A model generated the notes under the pieces. That model searched no databases, was not told where the DNA came from, and worked only from the letters and a program-made list of their open reading frames with translations. The position numbers and the translations under genes are program-made. From Candidatus Hadarchaeum sp. (GTDB lineage Archaea; Hadarchaeota; Hadarchaeia; Hadarchaeales; Hadarchaeaceae), in NCBI RefSeq assembly GCF_038871235.1, contig NZ_JAVZIN010000006.1, forward strand, positions 43,316 to 107,315: 64,000 nt of DNA, in the 5' to 3' direction. The number at the start of each line of letters is the position of its first letter. Within the stretch, counting starts at the first letter, position 1. Positions 35,541 through 45,506 of this stretch are shown here, one piece after another.

Positions 35541-35951
35541 TCAGACCGCCTCAATTTTTATAAAGAAAACTCCGTTCTGTTGACAAATTCTTAAAAGGTA
35601 ACTGCCGCTCCTGAGTTCATTTTCTCCCCCAAATATTGGGAGCGGTAGCAGCTCGGTCCTGACCGTTCCTTCAATGAAAAGCTGAACCAGATTTCCCTTT
35701 AGCGCGATTTTTCCATCCCCCAGTTCTATTTCAACCAACCTTGAGTCACTCAGTCCGCCAGCGCAGAGGAGACGGCATTGTTCCACGAAGAGATCGAAGC
35801 TTTCAACTGCCCGCTGGAAGTGAGATATGCGTTGCGCCCTGCTAATTGTCTCAATTCCAAGAGCAACAGTGCCTGCGGCCATGATGGCCCCGAGCATCAC
35901 AACCACCGGCAGAGATTCCACACCACGACTCTCTTTCCCATGATGGATCAT
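35541..35951 (-). CDS. Pilin-like protein
   Basis: SRG|VESLP followed by a hydrophobic stretch; ATGA overlap. Confidence 0.65.
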   Translation of the reverse strand: MIHHGKESRGVESLPVVVMLGAIMAAGTVALGIETISRAQRISHFQRAVESFDLFVEQCRLLCAGGLSDSRLVEIELGDGKIALKGNLVQLFIEGTVRTELLPLPIFGGENELRSGSYLLRICQQNGVFFIKIEAV

Positions 35952-36325
35952 CTTACCGCGACCTGACCTTGCCAAGGAATGTAACCGTTTCTGGTGACCT
36001 GGACCGTGACGAGGACGACCTTAGCGCCGTTCATCGGGATGGTGAAGGTGTATTGGTTGGTTTCCTTTCCCAGTGTGCGGGCGTCAGTTCCTCCGGGATA
36101 CTTCAACACAATCGTCACACCGCCCAGCGCATCACCGCTGGCTGCATCGTAGACCTTCACCGTGAGCTTTTTGCCGGAAATTGAGAATCGGACATCCATG
36201 TCACGGAACACGTTTCGTTCCGCCGTGCCGACGAACTGCATCAGGATACTCATCGTCATCGCTCCGATTACGAGCGCCATAATCAATTTGATCGGGACGC
36301 CCATCAGCTGACCTTTTTCCTCCAC
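35948..36325 (-). CDS. Pilin-like protein with a beta-sandwich domain
   Basis: MEEKG|QLMGVPIKLIMALVIG; 'VKVYDAASGDALGGVTI...GY' carboxypeptidase-regulatory-like pattern. Confidence 0.7.
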   Translation of the reverse strand: MEEKGQLMGVPIKLIMALVIGAMTMSILMQFVGTAERNVFRDMDVRFSISGKKLTVKVYDAASGDALGGVTIVLKYPGGTDARTLGKETNQYTFTIPMNGAKVVLVTVQVTRNGYIPWQGQVAVR

Positions 36326-36454
36326 CTAACCCGCCGGTCAGTTGCGGGCAGCTTCTTTATATCAAAATAAAAATCGTGGCTCAAAATCACAGCGGAGGTC
36401 GCAATTGGGGTTTGTTTTTATAAGGAGGTAATTTTGTTTTTAGAAGTGAGCACG

Positions 36455-36718
36455 ATGGCAAAGACATACTATGTGTATATACTGCGGAGCCTGAAGGACG
36501 ATAACTTCTACACGGGACACACCGCCGACCTCAAGGAGCGATTGGCCCAGCACAACCGTGGCGATGTCCGATCGACTAAGGCGAGAAGGCCGCTGGTCCT
36601 GATCTACTGGGAATCTTTCAAGACGCGCAGCGAGGCGATGAAACGGGAGCGCAAGATAAAGTCGATGTGCCGTGAAGCCAAGTTGAGGCTGATCGAGAAT
36701 TTCAAGAAATTGGAATAG
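36455..36718 (+). CDS. Small stand-alone GIY-YIG nuclease (UPF0213-like)
   Basis: 'YYVYIL...FYTGHT..L.ERL.QHN.G...T', 'AMKRE'. Confidence 0.88.
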   Translation: MAKTYYVYILRSLKDDNFYTGHTADLKERLAQHNRGDVRSTKARRPLVLIYWESFKTRSEAMKRERKIKSMCREAKLRLIENFKKLE

Positions 36719-36756
36719 TCTTTTTAGTATCTTTATTATAGCTTTATTGGGATTTA

Positions 36757-37257
36757 ATGCGAGATGGAGCGCTGAAGTGGTCGTTGAGGCTGCTAGGAAT
36801 CGCTCTGGTGGTGGTCCCGATACTCGTGGCCTTTTCTGCCAGCAATTGGGACCCTAAGGAGGCGGTGCTGCCCAGCGAGCAGGAACTAAACCAGATTTCA
36901 GGAAGAGTAGGTGAAATCTTCGGCGGCGGATTCTCTGAGGATACCATAGTTCTTGGTCAACCTACTTTTAGCGGAAATAGCGTCAGCGTCCCAGCGACTT
37001 TCAAATCTCCCTTCAAAGTGCCGGTTAAGCTTGAGGAGTTCACCCTGACAGTTTCTGATCAGGGTATGCAGCCCATTAAGCTTCAGATGGAGGAGGACGA
37101 GTTGGAGATCCCAGCGAACGGGACGGTTACTTTCACGCTGGTTGGGGCCATTCCAACGACTCCGCCAAGTAATCCACGAGTGACTGCCGTCAGCGTTACC
37201 CTTGAGATTTATGGAGTCATTATAAACTTTAGCCGAGGTTCGGGAGGCCAGCTATGA
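36757..37257 (+). CDS. Hypothetical membrane-anchored protein
   Basis: N-terminal TM segment followed by a beta-rich domain. Confidence 0.6.
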   Translation: MRDGALKWSLRLLGIALVVVPILVAFSASNWDPKEAVLPSEQELNQISGRVGEIFGGGFSEDTIVLGQPTFSGNSVSVPATFKSPFKVPVKLEEFTLTVSDQGMQPIKLQMEEDELEIPANGTVTFTLVGAIPTTPPSNPRVTAVSVTLEIYGVIINFSRGSGGQL

Positions 37258-37868
37258 AGCCCAGCAGTACTTCAGCCACGCGTTCCATGAATTTCATCGG
37301 CCTAGCTGCCGGGGTTCTGATGGTGGCTCTTCCTTTTCTCGGTCCATGGTGGATGGCCACCGTGGGAACAGGGGCGATGGAGATAGCCCTTTCTCCATTT
37401 GATTTATCGATATCGGTACTGGGACAGCCCATTCACTCGCAGCTGGTGGACCTCTTTCTGCTGGCGAGCAAGATAGCTATGATAATCGCTGGGGCCTTCT
37501 TGGTCTTGGGGTCGCTGTTTCCGAACAGCTGGTGGTCCAGTCGCCTGGTGAGGTTTGGAGTGATGAAGCCTTTCTGGGCGGTTGTAGGAATAGTTGTTGT
37601 GCTGATTGTGGGGTCGTTTTTAGTTAATAATGTTCTGCCCCACCTGCTGGCCAACATCATCCCTGATGGAGCCTCAGTGGAGATAATGGTTCCTTACCTA
37701 GTTGGCTCAGCAAGTGCTACAATTCAGATAGGTTCGCAGGCATCAATAGTTGCCCCCATCAATCTATCGTTAACGCCTGCTTTCTGGGTAGCCATTGTCG
37801 CCGCGGTGCTAGGCATCGCGGCTAGGATCAGTTACCGTCGCTTCAAAAAGCATAGAGAGCAGCAGTGA
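37254..37868 (+). CDS. Hypothetical multi-pass membrane protein
   Basis: About four TM segments; ATGA overlap with the upstream gene. Confidence 0.65.
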   Translation: MKPSSTSATRSMNFIGLAAGVLMVALPFLGPWWMATVGTGAMEIALSPFDLSISVLGQPIHSQLVDLFLLASKIAMIIAGAFLVLGSLFPNSWWSSRLVRFGVMKPFWAVVGIVVVLIVGSFLVNNVLPHLLANIIPDGASVEIMVPYLVGSASATIQIGSQASIVAPINLSLTPAFWVAIVAAVLGIAARISYRRFKKHREQQ

Positions 37869-38065
37869 ATAACGGCCCCCCACGGCTTTTACTGTGGATT
37901 TTTGTGGTGCTAGTTTAAGTCCGGCTAGTTGATTATTTCAGGTTTTAAATCGATTTCGCTGTGTAAGAAGATTTTATTGTAGTAGATTCAGTGTGAAATC
38001 TTCTTCAGATTTCAACCGAATCGAATTCACAAGTTATTTAAATAGAATATAGTAAGAAAATCTGT

Positions 38066-39238
38066 ATGACTAAAATTTCTCAGGAAGCTGAACAAGAGCG
38101 CTGCGTGGTACAAGAGAATTCAACTAAAAATTTATTTAACTTTCATATCAAAATTCCCAATCCATTTTTAAGACATGATAAAAGCGGTGAGGGTGGAGAT
38201 GGCAAGGGCAGATTTCGGATAGTTAGTTCTCGTAGATCAAGAATCGTTTTCCCCGTGTTATCAGTAGTGGGCGCACTTCTATTGGGAGCATTTTTCATCG
38301 CTCTGTCGGGCCATGATCCGGTGGCGGCCTACGCCTCGCTGTTCATGGAGGCCTTTGGGAGCGTAAATGGTATAACCGACACATTGGTTAAAGCAGCCCC
38401 GCTGTTGTTGGCCGGAGTTGGTCTGGTAGTGGCCTATAAATCGTCCATCTGGACTATAGGTGCCGAGGGTCAGATTTTATTTGGAGCGCTTGCGGCCGTC
38501 TGGTTAGGCCTGAACTTTAAAGGAGTTCCGAGTTTTCTGCTGATTCCCACTATCATGGTGGCCAGTTTTTTGGCGGGAGCGGGGTTGGCTATGATAGCCG
38601 GAGTGCTCAAGGCAAAGATAGGTGTTAACGAAATTATCACCACGCTCATGTTGAACAACATCGCTTCTTACTTCATCCTTTACTTGGTCAGCGGTCCAAT
38701 GAAGACTCCGGAAGTCGGTTACAACCAGACCCGGATTATCACCTCCGAGGCCTTTTTGCCGATATTAGTTCAGGACACGAGGCTACATGCAGGAGTCTTG
38801 CTGGCAATTCTGGCTGCTATCTTTGTTTACATTCTGGTAGAAAAGACATCTTTGGGTTACAAGATTAAGGCCGTCGGACACAGCCCCAAGGCAGCCAAGT
38901 ATGCAGGGATTAGCATGTCGCGGAATATCTTAATAGTAATGTTTGTGAGCGGAGGTCTCGCCGGCCTAGCAGGCATGGGCGAGGTCTTGGGCGTCCACCA
39001 CCTGCTGATGCTCGACATCTCTCCTGGCTATGGTTACACCGCCATTCTGGTGGCCCTGCTGGCTAGGTTGAACCCCATCGCAACCATTGCCTCGGCCTTT
39101 CTCTTTGCCGGGCTGCTGAACGGCTCGGTGGCCATGCAGCGTGGGGCTGGGGTACCGTCTTCTCTGGTACTGATTATTCAGGCCCTAGTCGTCGTATTTG
39201 TGCTGGCGAGCGAATATGCGACTCGGGAGAAAAGGTGA
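38066..39238 (+). CDS. Nucleoside-type ABC transporter permease (BPD_transp_2); true start uncertain
   Basis: 'IGAEGQ', 'NEIITTLMLN', 'LHAG', 'SGGLAGLAG', 'GYGYTAI'; the N-terminal ~55 aa look spurious. Confidence 0.85.
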   Translation: MTKISQEAEQERCVVQENSTKNLFNFHIKIPNPFLRHDKSGEGGDGKGRFRIVSSRRSRIVFPVLSVVGALLLGAFFIALSGHDPVAAYASLFMEAFGSVNGITDTLVKAAPLLLAGVGLVVAYKSSIWTIGAEGQILFGALAAVWLGLNFKGVPSFLLIPTIMVASFLAGAGLAMIAGVLKAKIGVNEIITTLMLNNIASYFILYLVSGPMKTPEVGYNQTRIITSEAFLPILVQDTRLHAGVLLAILAAIFVYILVEKTSLGYKIKAVGHSPKAAKYAGISMSRNILIVMFVSGGLAGLAGMGEVLGVHHLLMLDISPGYGYTAILVALLARLNPIATIASAFLFAGLLNGSVAMQRGAGVPSSLVLIIQALVVVFVLASEYATREKR

Positions 39239-39247
39239 GGTGGGCAG

Positions 39248-40183
39248 ATGGTCACTGAGGCAGAAATCATCACCGGGCTCTTGTCGAGCGCGGTGAAGCT
39301 GGCCGTACCCCTGCTGCTGGCAGCCATTGGTGAAATTTTCTCCGAGCGTTCCGGTGTCCTTAATCTCGGGATGGAGGGGATGATGCTGGGTGGAGCCTCG
39401 GCCGCCTTCATCGGAGCCTATTTCTTCAACTTGTGGGTCGGTCTGCTGCTGGGGATGCTGGTCGGCGGAATCATCGGAGTGATCATGGCTTTCATGAGCG
39501 TAATCCTGAGGCGGAACCAGATTGTGGTCGGCGTGGTGCTGACGATTTTCGGCGCTGGGTTGAGTTCTTTCTTGTTTCGAATGTGTTTTGGTACCGCGAC
39601 TTCCTATCCTACCATAAGCGGCTTTCAGGGAGTGGAGATACCGGTTCTGGGCCAGATACCTTGGCTGGGCCCGATTCTCTTCCAGAACAACATCTTGGTT
39701 TACCTGGCCCTTTTAGCGGTGCCCGTGGCGGGAATTTTCCTTTACAAGACGACGCACGGCTTGAGGATCAGGGCGGTTGGTGAGAACCCGAGGGCCGCCG
39801 ATTCCCTCGGCGTGAACGTGGTTCGGATCCGCTTCATTTGCGTCGTCTTCGCCGGCGTGATGGGCGGGTTGGCTGGGGCTTATCTCTCCATAGGGCACAT
39901 GAATATATTTCGGGAGGGAATGACCGCGGGCAGGGGCTACATCGTCCTCGCCCTGGTCATCTTTGGAACTTGGTCTCCCTACCGGGTTTTGGCGGGCTCA
40001 CTGCTCTTCGGAGGAATAGATGCGCTGGGCTCACGCTTTCAGATTTTCAAAGTGGGTATTCCCTACCAGTTTGTGCTGATGTTGCCCTATGTGTTCACCA
40101 TCATCGTTCTCATTCTCGTCTCGTTGAGAAAGGGCCTGACCAGAGGTGCACCGGCGGCCCTAGGAACTCCCTACGAACGTTGA
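39248..40183 (+). CDS. Nucleoside-type ABC transporter permease
   Basis: 'ERSGVLNLGMEGMML', 'GLRIRAVGENP', 'AGRGYI', 'PAALG.PY'. Confidence 0.9.
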   Translation: MVTEAEIITGLLSSAVKLAVPLLLAAIGEIFSERSGVLNLGMEGMMLGGASAAFIGAYFFNLWVGLLLGMLVGGIIGVIMAFMSVILRRNQIVVGVVLTIFGAGLSSFLFRMCFGTATSYPTISGFQGVEIPVLGQIPWLGPILFQNNILVYLALLAVPVAGIFLYKTTHGLRIRAVGENPRAADSLGVNVVRIRFICVVFAGVMGGLAGAYLSIGHMNIFREGMTAGRGYIVLALVIFGTWSPYRVLAGSLLFGGIDALGSRFQIFKVGIPYQFVLMLPYVFTIIVLILVSLRKGLTRGAPAALGTPYER

Positions 40184-40218
40184 GGGAAAGTTTTATTGTA
40201 ATGGATGATTTCCGGTAT

Positions 40219-40473
40219 CTATAGATTGGCATGCTTTTTCTCATACCTTATCTCTCCACATACCTCGATCTTGATAATTCTATGATAGGGGATGTAGGTC
40301 TCGCCTTCGGGCATCATTACTTTCATGAATCCGGAGCCCAGCTCTATGATGTTCTTTCCGTGAATTTCACGCCTGTTTTCGGGTGCGCCGCGGTGGATGA
40401 TTGTTATCCTGACATCACCGAGTTTTTCCTTACCAGCCCATTTGATTTTATTTAGAACTTCTCTGGCCCCCAT
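40219..40473 (-). CDS. DUF504/UPF0248 (MJ1316-type) putative RNA-binding/repair protein
   Basis: 'REVLNKIKW', 'HRGAP', 'IPYHRI'. Confidence 0.85.
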   Translation of the reverse strand: MGAREVLNKIKWAGKEKLGDVRITIIHRGAPENRREIHGKNIIELGSGFMKVMMPEGETYIPYHRIIKIEVCGEIRYEKKHANL

Positions 40474-40497
40474 AGGATCACCCGGGCACTGCTAGTT

Positions 40498-41142
40498 TCA
40501 AATCAATTCAATAGCTGAAAGGATCACTTCGTGGGCACCGTCATCCGCGGACGGGCCGTGTCCTGGATAGAGACTTTTTGGTCTTAGCTCGGCCAGCTTT
40601 TTCAGAGACTTGGCGAGGGCACGGTAATCCCCTGTGGGCAGGTCGGTTCTACCCACATCTCCGTAGAAGACGGTGTCTCCGGAGAAAAGTGCGCCGAGGC
40701 GGGGCTCGTATAAGCAGATGCTGCCCTGCGTGTGGCCGGGAGTGTGGATAACCTCGAGCACAGAGCTTCCCAGTTCTATCCTATCACCATCGTGGAGTTC
40801 CCGCGCTACCTCCAGTGGTTCGGGATGGACGCCAAAAAAGTGAGCCATTGTGACATGCCGGTCCCCCTTCCGAAGCAAAGCGGCTTCGGATTCATAGATG
40901 GCTATCTCGCATCCCGCCTTGAGGAAATCCACATCCCCTCCAGTATGATCAAAATGACAGTGGGTATTGATCAGGAGCTCGATATCGCTCGGCTTCAATC
41001 CCAGTTTCTCCAGATTTTGGCGGACGATTTTAAAGTTCTGTCCCGTCCCGGCATCTATTAAGGTGACGACATCATCGATAATCAGGTACATGTTGGAGTC
41101 ATAACCTAGGCCGCCAATTTGATGCAACATCATAGAAATCAT
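40498..41142 (-). CDS. MBL-fold metallohydrolase (glyoxalase II-like)
   Basis: THCHFDH, HTPGHT.GS, FSGDT, PGHG. Confidence 0.9.
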   Translation of the reverse strand: MISMMLHQIGGLGYDSNMYLIIDDVVTLIDAGTGQNFKIVRQNLEKLGLKPSDIELLINTHCHFDHTGGDVDFLKAGCEIAIYESEAALLRKGDRHVTMAHFFGVHPEPLEVARELHDGDRIELGSSVLEVIHTPGHTQGSICLYEPRLGALFSGDTVFYGDVGRTDLPTGDYRALAKSLKKLAELRPKSLYPGHGPSADDGAHEVILSAIELI

Positions 41143-41337
41143 CTTTGATCATCGCCAGTAAAAATAAACTCCACGAGATAAAAAATCAATCGGGCAGCAA
41201 GTTGATGAGATCGTGGGACTTGCAGAGAGGACAAAAACGAGGGGCAGGTAATCCACATCTCTATGAGTGATAGCTGTATCTTCTGCGGTCTTCCTCTAAA
41301 TGTAGCCCAAAAACAAGGCAAATAGAGAGGATTGCGA

Positions 41338-42441
41338 CTAAGTGATCACGTTTTTCAGACCAACTTCTTCGGCAATTCCCAGCGCTTTGGAGAATTCTTC
41401 CCGCGTCAGATGTCTGTTTATTTCTTCAAACTGATCAGCACGGTAGCAAGGTCGATATTGATCCATGATATTGACTCTGACCATGGAGCCCAAGTTGTCG
41501 GCGATCCATTTTAAAACTGGCCGGGTGCAGCATTCGAGATGGTTGGGTAGCACGAGGTGGCGGATGATTAACTCCGCATCCTTAAAGGCCAGCCGGTGAT
41601 TGCGTGCCACGATTTCAAAGTAGCGAGGAACTTTTGAGTAGCGTTGGGCACATTTATCGTTGCCATACTTGAAATCTGCTAAATAAATGTCCTGGGTCCC
41701 GGAGAGAAGTTCCATTGATTCAAGGGAGAGATACATGTTTGAGTTCCACACGCTCGGGATATTAGCTTGGCAAAGTTTCAGCGCCTCTAAGATGGTGGGT
41801 AGGTTTGGGGTTGGTTCTCCTCCTACAAAGTTTACGTTTCTGGCTCCCTCTTCAGCGGCATTTTCGATCAGCCTAGCTACAGAAGTTGGCGAAACCGGTA
41901 CTCCCTCCTCCGGATACTGTGAGATGTCCCAGTTCTGGCAGTACTGGCATTTGAAGGTACAACCGTTAAAGAAGATGGTGTAGCTTGGTACAAGCTCCGG
42001 CTCCTCACCATGGTGCATGAATTCTGAGGAGATTCGAGAAGTTTCACCGACACCACAGGTTCCCTTTTCCCCAGCAACTCTATTGGCCTCGCATCTTCGC
42101 TCGCAGAATCTGCAGGATTTCAGAATTCTGCGGGCCAGCTCTATTTTTAGGTCCAGAAGTGAAATCTTCGGCTTGTTCAGAGTTTCCAATTCCAGCTGGT
42201 TTGAGTCTAACTTGGACAGGATAGCACGCAGTTCCTTCAATCCTTGGGCGTGGGCCTGCCAGAGATCATCCGTGTCTGAGGAGAGATCCACGCCAACATC
42301 CACGTGTTTACAAACTTGGAACCTAGCGGGAAGCTTTTTTTCCATCACGGCAAAATAGCGGTGCAGCGCTGACCTCGCTCTCTCGTCCTTGAGCACCTCG
42401 ACAGCATCAGGTCGAAGAATGCGCCACAAAGGAGCCACCAA
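41338..42441 (-). CDS. Radical SAM protein, PflX-like
   Basis: CTFKCQYC, 'H.GEEPEL', 'VGGEP', 'IRHLVLP', 'MDQYRP'. Confidence 0.88.
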   Translation of the reverse strand: MVAPLWRILRPDAVEVLKDERARSALHRYFAVMEKKLPARFQVCKHVDVGVDLSSDTDDLWQAHAQGLKELRAILSKLDSNQLELETLNKPKISLLDLKIELARRILKSCRFCERRCEANRVAGEKGTCGVGETSRISSEFMHHGEEPELVPSYTIFFNGCTFKCQYCQNWDISQYPEEGVPVSPTSVARLIENAAEEGARNVNFVGGEPTPNLPTILEALKLCQANIPSVWNSNMYLSLESMELLSGTQDIYLADFKYGNDKCAQRYSKVPRYFEIVARNHRLAFKDAELIIRHLVLPNHLECCTRPVLKWIADNLGSMVRVNIMDQYRPCYRADQFEEINRHLTREEFSKALGIAEEVGLKNVIT

Positions 42442-42488
42442 TTAGCATTAAATAAGCTACAGTGTTAAAGAATTTCGCAGAGGATGAT

Positions 42489-43355
42489 ATGATCGTCATA
42501 TCCGGTTCTGCCTCGCCAAAGCTCTCGGCAAAGGTGGCGGACCTGCTCGGCGCCGAGTTGGTCAGTGCTGAGGTTAGACGTTTTCCTGATGGAGAAATTT
42601 ACGTTAGGGTGGATGCGGAGCTGAGGAGAAAGCCGGTAGCGGTCATCCAGTCGACCTGCCCACCCCAGAACGATAATTTGATTGAACTGCTGCTTCTGCT
42701 GGACGCTGCTAAGGATCTCGGAGCGAAGAGGATCATAGCGGTCGTGCCCTACCTCGCCTATTCCCGTCAGGACAAACGGTTCAAGCCCGGGGAGGCCATA
42801 AGCCTGCGCACGGTGAGCAAGTTAATTAGCCAGTCTGGAGCGGAGGAATTGATCACCGTGGATATTCACCAGGAGGAGACGCTCGGCAATTTCTCCATTC
42901 CGGCGTTCAACCAGAGCGCCATGCCCTTGATTGGACGTTACCTGAGGGGTCTGAATCTCAAGAACCCACTCATCATCGGTGCCGACCAGGGATCCATAAA
43001 GCGTGCTACTAAAGTTGCGCTTGAGCTGGGGGCCGAGCATTATTTCCTAGAGAAGCGGAGGATCTCGCCAGAGAATGTGGTGGTTTATCCCAAGAATCTG
43101 GAAGTTCAGGGACGTGATGTCGTGATGGTCGACGATATTGTCAGCACTGGCGGAACCATAATCGGCGCGGCCAAGATTCTCCAAGAACAAGGAGCCCGAG
43201 ATGTTTACGTTGCCTGCGCGCACCCGGTCTTGGCTGGAAATGCTGCGCAGAGGTTGAGGGAGGCCGGCATTAAGCAGATAATCGCCACCGACACCATAGA
43301 GAAGGATGTGAGCGTGGTTTCGGTTGCGCCCTTGATCGCAGAGCTTTTGAAGTAG
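42489..43355 (+). CDS. prs: Ribose-phosphate pyrophosphokinase
   Basis: 'FPDGE', 'PYLAYSRQD', 'VDDIVSTGGT'. Confidence 0.95.
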   Translation: MIVISGSASPKLSAKVADLLGAELVSAEVRRFPDGEIYVRVDAELRRKPVAVIQSTCPPQNDNLIELLLLLDAAKDLGAKRIIAVVPYLAYSRQDKRFKPGEAISLRTVSKLISQSGAEELITVDIHQEETLGNFSIPAFNQSAMPLIGRYLRGLNLKNPLIIGADQGSIKRATKVALELGAEHYFLEKRRISPENVVVYPKNLEVQGRDVVMVDDIVSTGGTIIGAAKILQEQGARDVYVACAHPVLAGNAAQRLREAGIKQIIATDTIEKDVSVVSVAPLIAELLK

Positions 43356-43364
43356 GGTTTTTGG

Positions 43365-44396
43365 ATGTCAAGACTAATGTTCGTGCTCTCCGGTGAGCAT
43401 AGGACGTTGCCGGCGGCGGAGGTTGAGGCAGCCATCAAGGCCGAGCGCAGGTCTTTCAAGGAGGTGGAGCAGCTTGATCAGGTCCTCGTGCTGGAAACGA
43501 AGGCAAAGCCGGAAATCTTGGCGTCGCGTTTGGCCCTGTGTCGCGAGATCTGCTACCACCTTTGCACCTCTGGAGCCGCCGAGAAGGAGATACTGGAGGC
43601 GGTGGGTAGCTCTGACATAGTCGACCTCCTTCCCCATGGAAAGAGCTTCGCGGTCAGGATTGAGCGGGTGAAGCGAAGTGCCCCATCAATTGACACAGTT
43701 GAGCTGGCAAAAAAAGTTGCTGGCATGATTGCTGCGGAGATTGATTTCAAGGTTGATCTACTCAACCCTCAGCTGGAGCTACTTGGTGTGTTAACCGAGG
43801 ATTCCTGTGTTTTCGGAATTACTGTAGCGGCGGTGGATAGGAGACAGTTCACCAAGAGAAAACCCACGGCAAGGCCAGCTTTTCATCCAGGCACGCTAAA
43901 GCCAGCGTTGGCTAGATGCATGGTGAACCTAGCCCGTACACCCAGAGGCGGAACCTTTTTGGATCCCTTTTGCGGTGTTGGCGGCATATTGCTTGAGGCA
44001 GGCATCATCGGCGCTAGGCCCATTGGTGTGGATATTGATGGAGAGATGGTCAATGGGGCTAGGGCCAACCTTGAGTCCATGGGCATCAAGGATTTTCAGC
44101 TCATGGTTGGTGATGCCCGCAAGCTGCCGGCACTGGAGGCGGATGCTGTCGCGACCGATCCTCCATACGGTCGTCAGTCAAGCACCGCCGGGATGAAGCT
44201 TGAGGAGCTCTACCGCGAGGCGCTGCCATCGATCGCCGGGGCGCTGAAGGAGCGTGGATACTTATGCATAACCTCGCCTGCCGGACTTGAGCTGAATGAT
44301 CTAGCTGCAAGCGCTGGTTTGGTTGAAGTGGAGCAGCATGAGCAGAGAGTACACCGTAGCCTGACGCGGCAGATTTATGTTTTCAGAAGAAAGTAG
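43365..44396 (+). CDS. trm11: tRNA m2G10 methyltransferase (THUMP + MTase)
   Basis: THUMP-like 'SFAVRIER', 'DPFCGVGG', 'DPPYG'. Confidence 0.85.
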   Translation: MSRLMFVLSGEHRTLPAAEVEAAIKAERRSFKEVEQLDQVLVLETKAKPEILASRLALCREICYHLCTSGAAEKEILEAVGSSDIVDLLPHGKSFAVRIERVKRSAPSIDTVELAKKVAGMIAAEIDFKVDLLNPQLELLGVLTEDSCVFGITVAAVDRRQFTKRKPTARPAFHPGTLKPALARCMVNLARTPRGGTFLDPFCGVGGILLEAGIIGARPIGVDIDGEMVNGARANLESMGIKDFQLMVGDARKLPALEADAVATDPPYGRQSSTAGMKLEELYREALPSIAGALKERGYLCITSPAGLELNDLAASAGLVEVEQHEQRVHRSLTRQIYVFRRK

Positions 44397-44441
44397 CCGT
44401 ACCTATTTAGCCCTATGCCGCGCTTTAATTTTCAGGTAGCC

Positions 44442-45359
44442 ATGAAGTTAATCTTTTTGGGAACCAGCGGTAGCATCCCGACTTCGAGGCGCAACATTCC
44501 ATCGATAGCTTTGAAGATGAACGGAGAACTGTTGCTTTTCGACGTTGCCGAGGGAACGCAGCGCCAGATGGCCATTGCCCATCTCAGCCCCATGAAGGTA
44601 TCCTCAATTTTCATTACACACCTTCACGGCGATCACTTCCTTGGACTGGCTGGCTTGGTGCAGACGATGGCACTACTCTTTCGTAGCGATCCGTTAGAGG
44701 TCTATTGTCCAGCGGGAGAGCGGGAGAGACTGGAGACTTACCTGAGCATACCACACTATACCCTTACTTTCGATGTTATCGTTCGGGAGCTTAACCCGGG
44801 TGATGAAATCCGCCGCAGAGGCTACCGGATACTGACCTCCGAAGTCGACCATCCTGTGCCTTCCTTGGCTTATGCGGTAGTCGAGGATGACCGCCCTGGC
44901 CACATTGATGTTAAAAAGGCAGAGGCGTTGGGGCTGAAACCCGGCCCGGATTTTGCGCGTCTGAAGGCGGGACAGAGCGTTAGGTTGAAGGACGGAACAG
45001 TAGTGAAACCGGAACAGGTGGTGGGACCACCCCGTCCCGGCAGGAAAATCGTGTATACTGGAGACACTAAACCGACCGAACGAATAGTCAATTTAGCTAG
45101 GGGGGCCGATGTTCTCATTCATGACTGCACTTTGGACGATGAACTCGCGGACAAAGCCGAGGAGAATTCCCACTCGACTCCGAGCCGCGCGGCCGAGGTG
45201 GCCAAGCGCGCTGGAGTCAAGCTGCTAATTTTGATGCACATCAGCCCGCGGTATGAGGATGATTCTACCTTGCAGGAGCAGGCAAAAAAGATCTTTCCGA
45301 ATACATTGGTGGCACGTGATCTAATGGTTATTGAAGTCCCGTTTCACAACAATACTTAG
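44442..45359 (+). CDS. rnz: Ribonuclease Z
   Basis: 'FLGTSGSIPT..RN', THLHGDH, GP-rich exosite, 'YTGDT', 'HST', 'HISPRY'. Confidence 0.95.
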   Translation: MKLIFLGTSGSIPTSRRNIPSIALKMNGELLLFDVAEGTQRQMAIAHLSPMKVSSIFITHLHGDHFLGLAGLVQTMALLFRSDPLEVYCPAGERERLETYLSIPHYTLTFDVIVRELNPGDEIRRRGYRILTSEVDHPVPSLAYAVVEDDRPGHIDVKKAEALGLKPGPDFARLKAGQSVRLKDGTVVKPEQVVGPPRPGRKIVYTGDTKPTERIVNLARGADVLIHDCTLDDELADKAEENSHSTPSRAAEVAKRAGVKLLILMHISPRYEDDSTLQEQAKKIFPNTLVARDLMVIEVPFHNNT

Positions 45360-45506
45360 GCAACCTCGTTTTTAGGGACAATTTTTTCAATGGGGTAACT
45401 TTATATGCTGGCAGCTTAAATAAAATGAGAAGTTCTAGGATGTTGCGGGAAAAGTTTTTGGAGGGCCTTTCTACCGTTTTTGATTTTCTAGAACTTGGTG
45501 AGAAGT

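Noticed and set aside
36455-36718. GIY-YIG nuclease as a marker of a mobile or defence element
   Set aside because: Small stand-alone UPF0213-type protein with no repeats, integrase or defence partners nearby.
41263-41325. 20-codon ORF MSDSCIFCGLPL... resembling a HIT or ferredoxin fragment
   Set aside because: Too short, the motif is incomplete and there is no clear expression signal.
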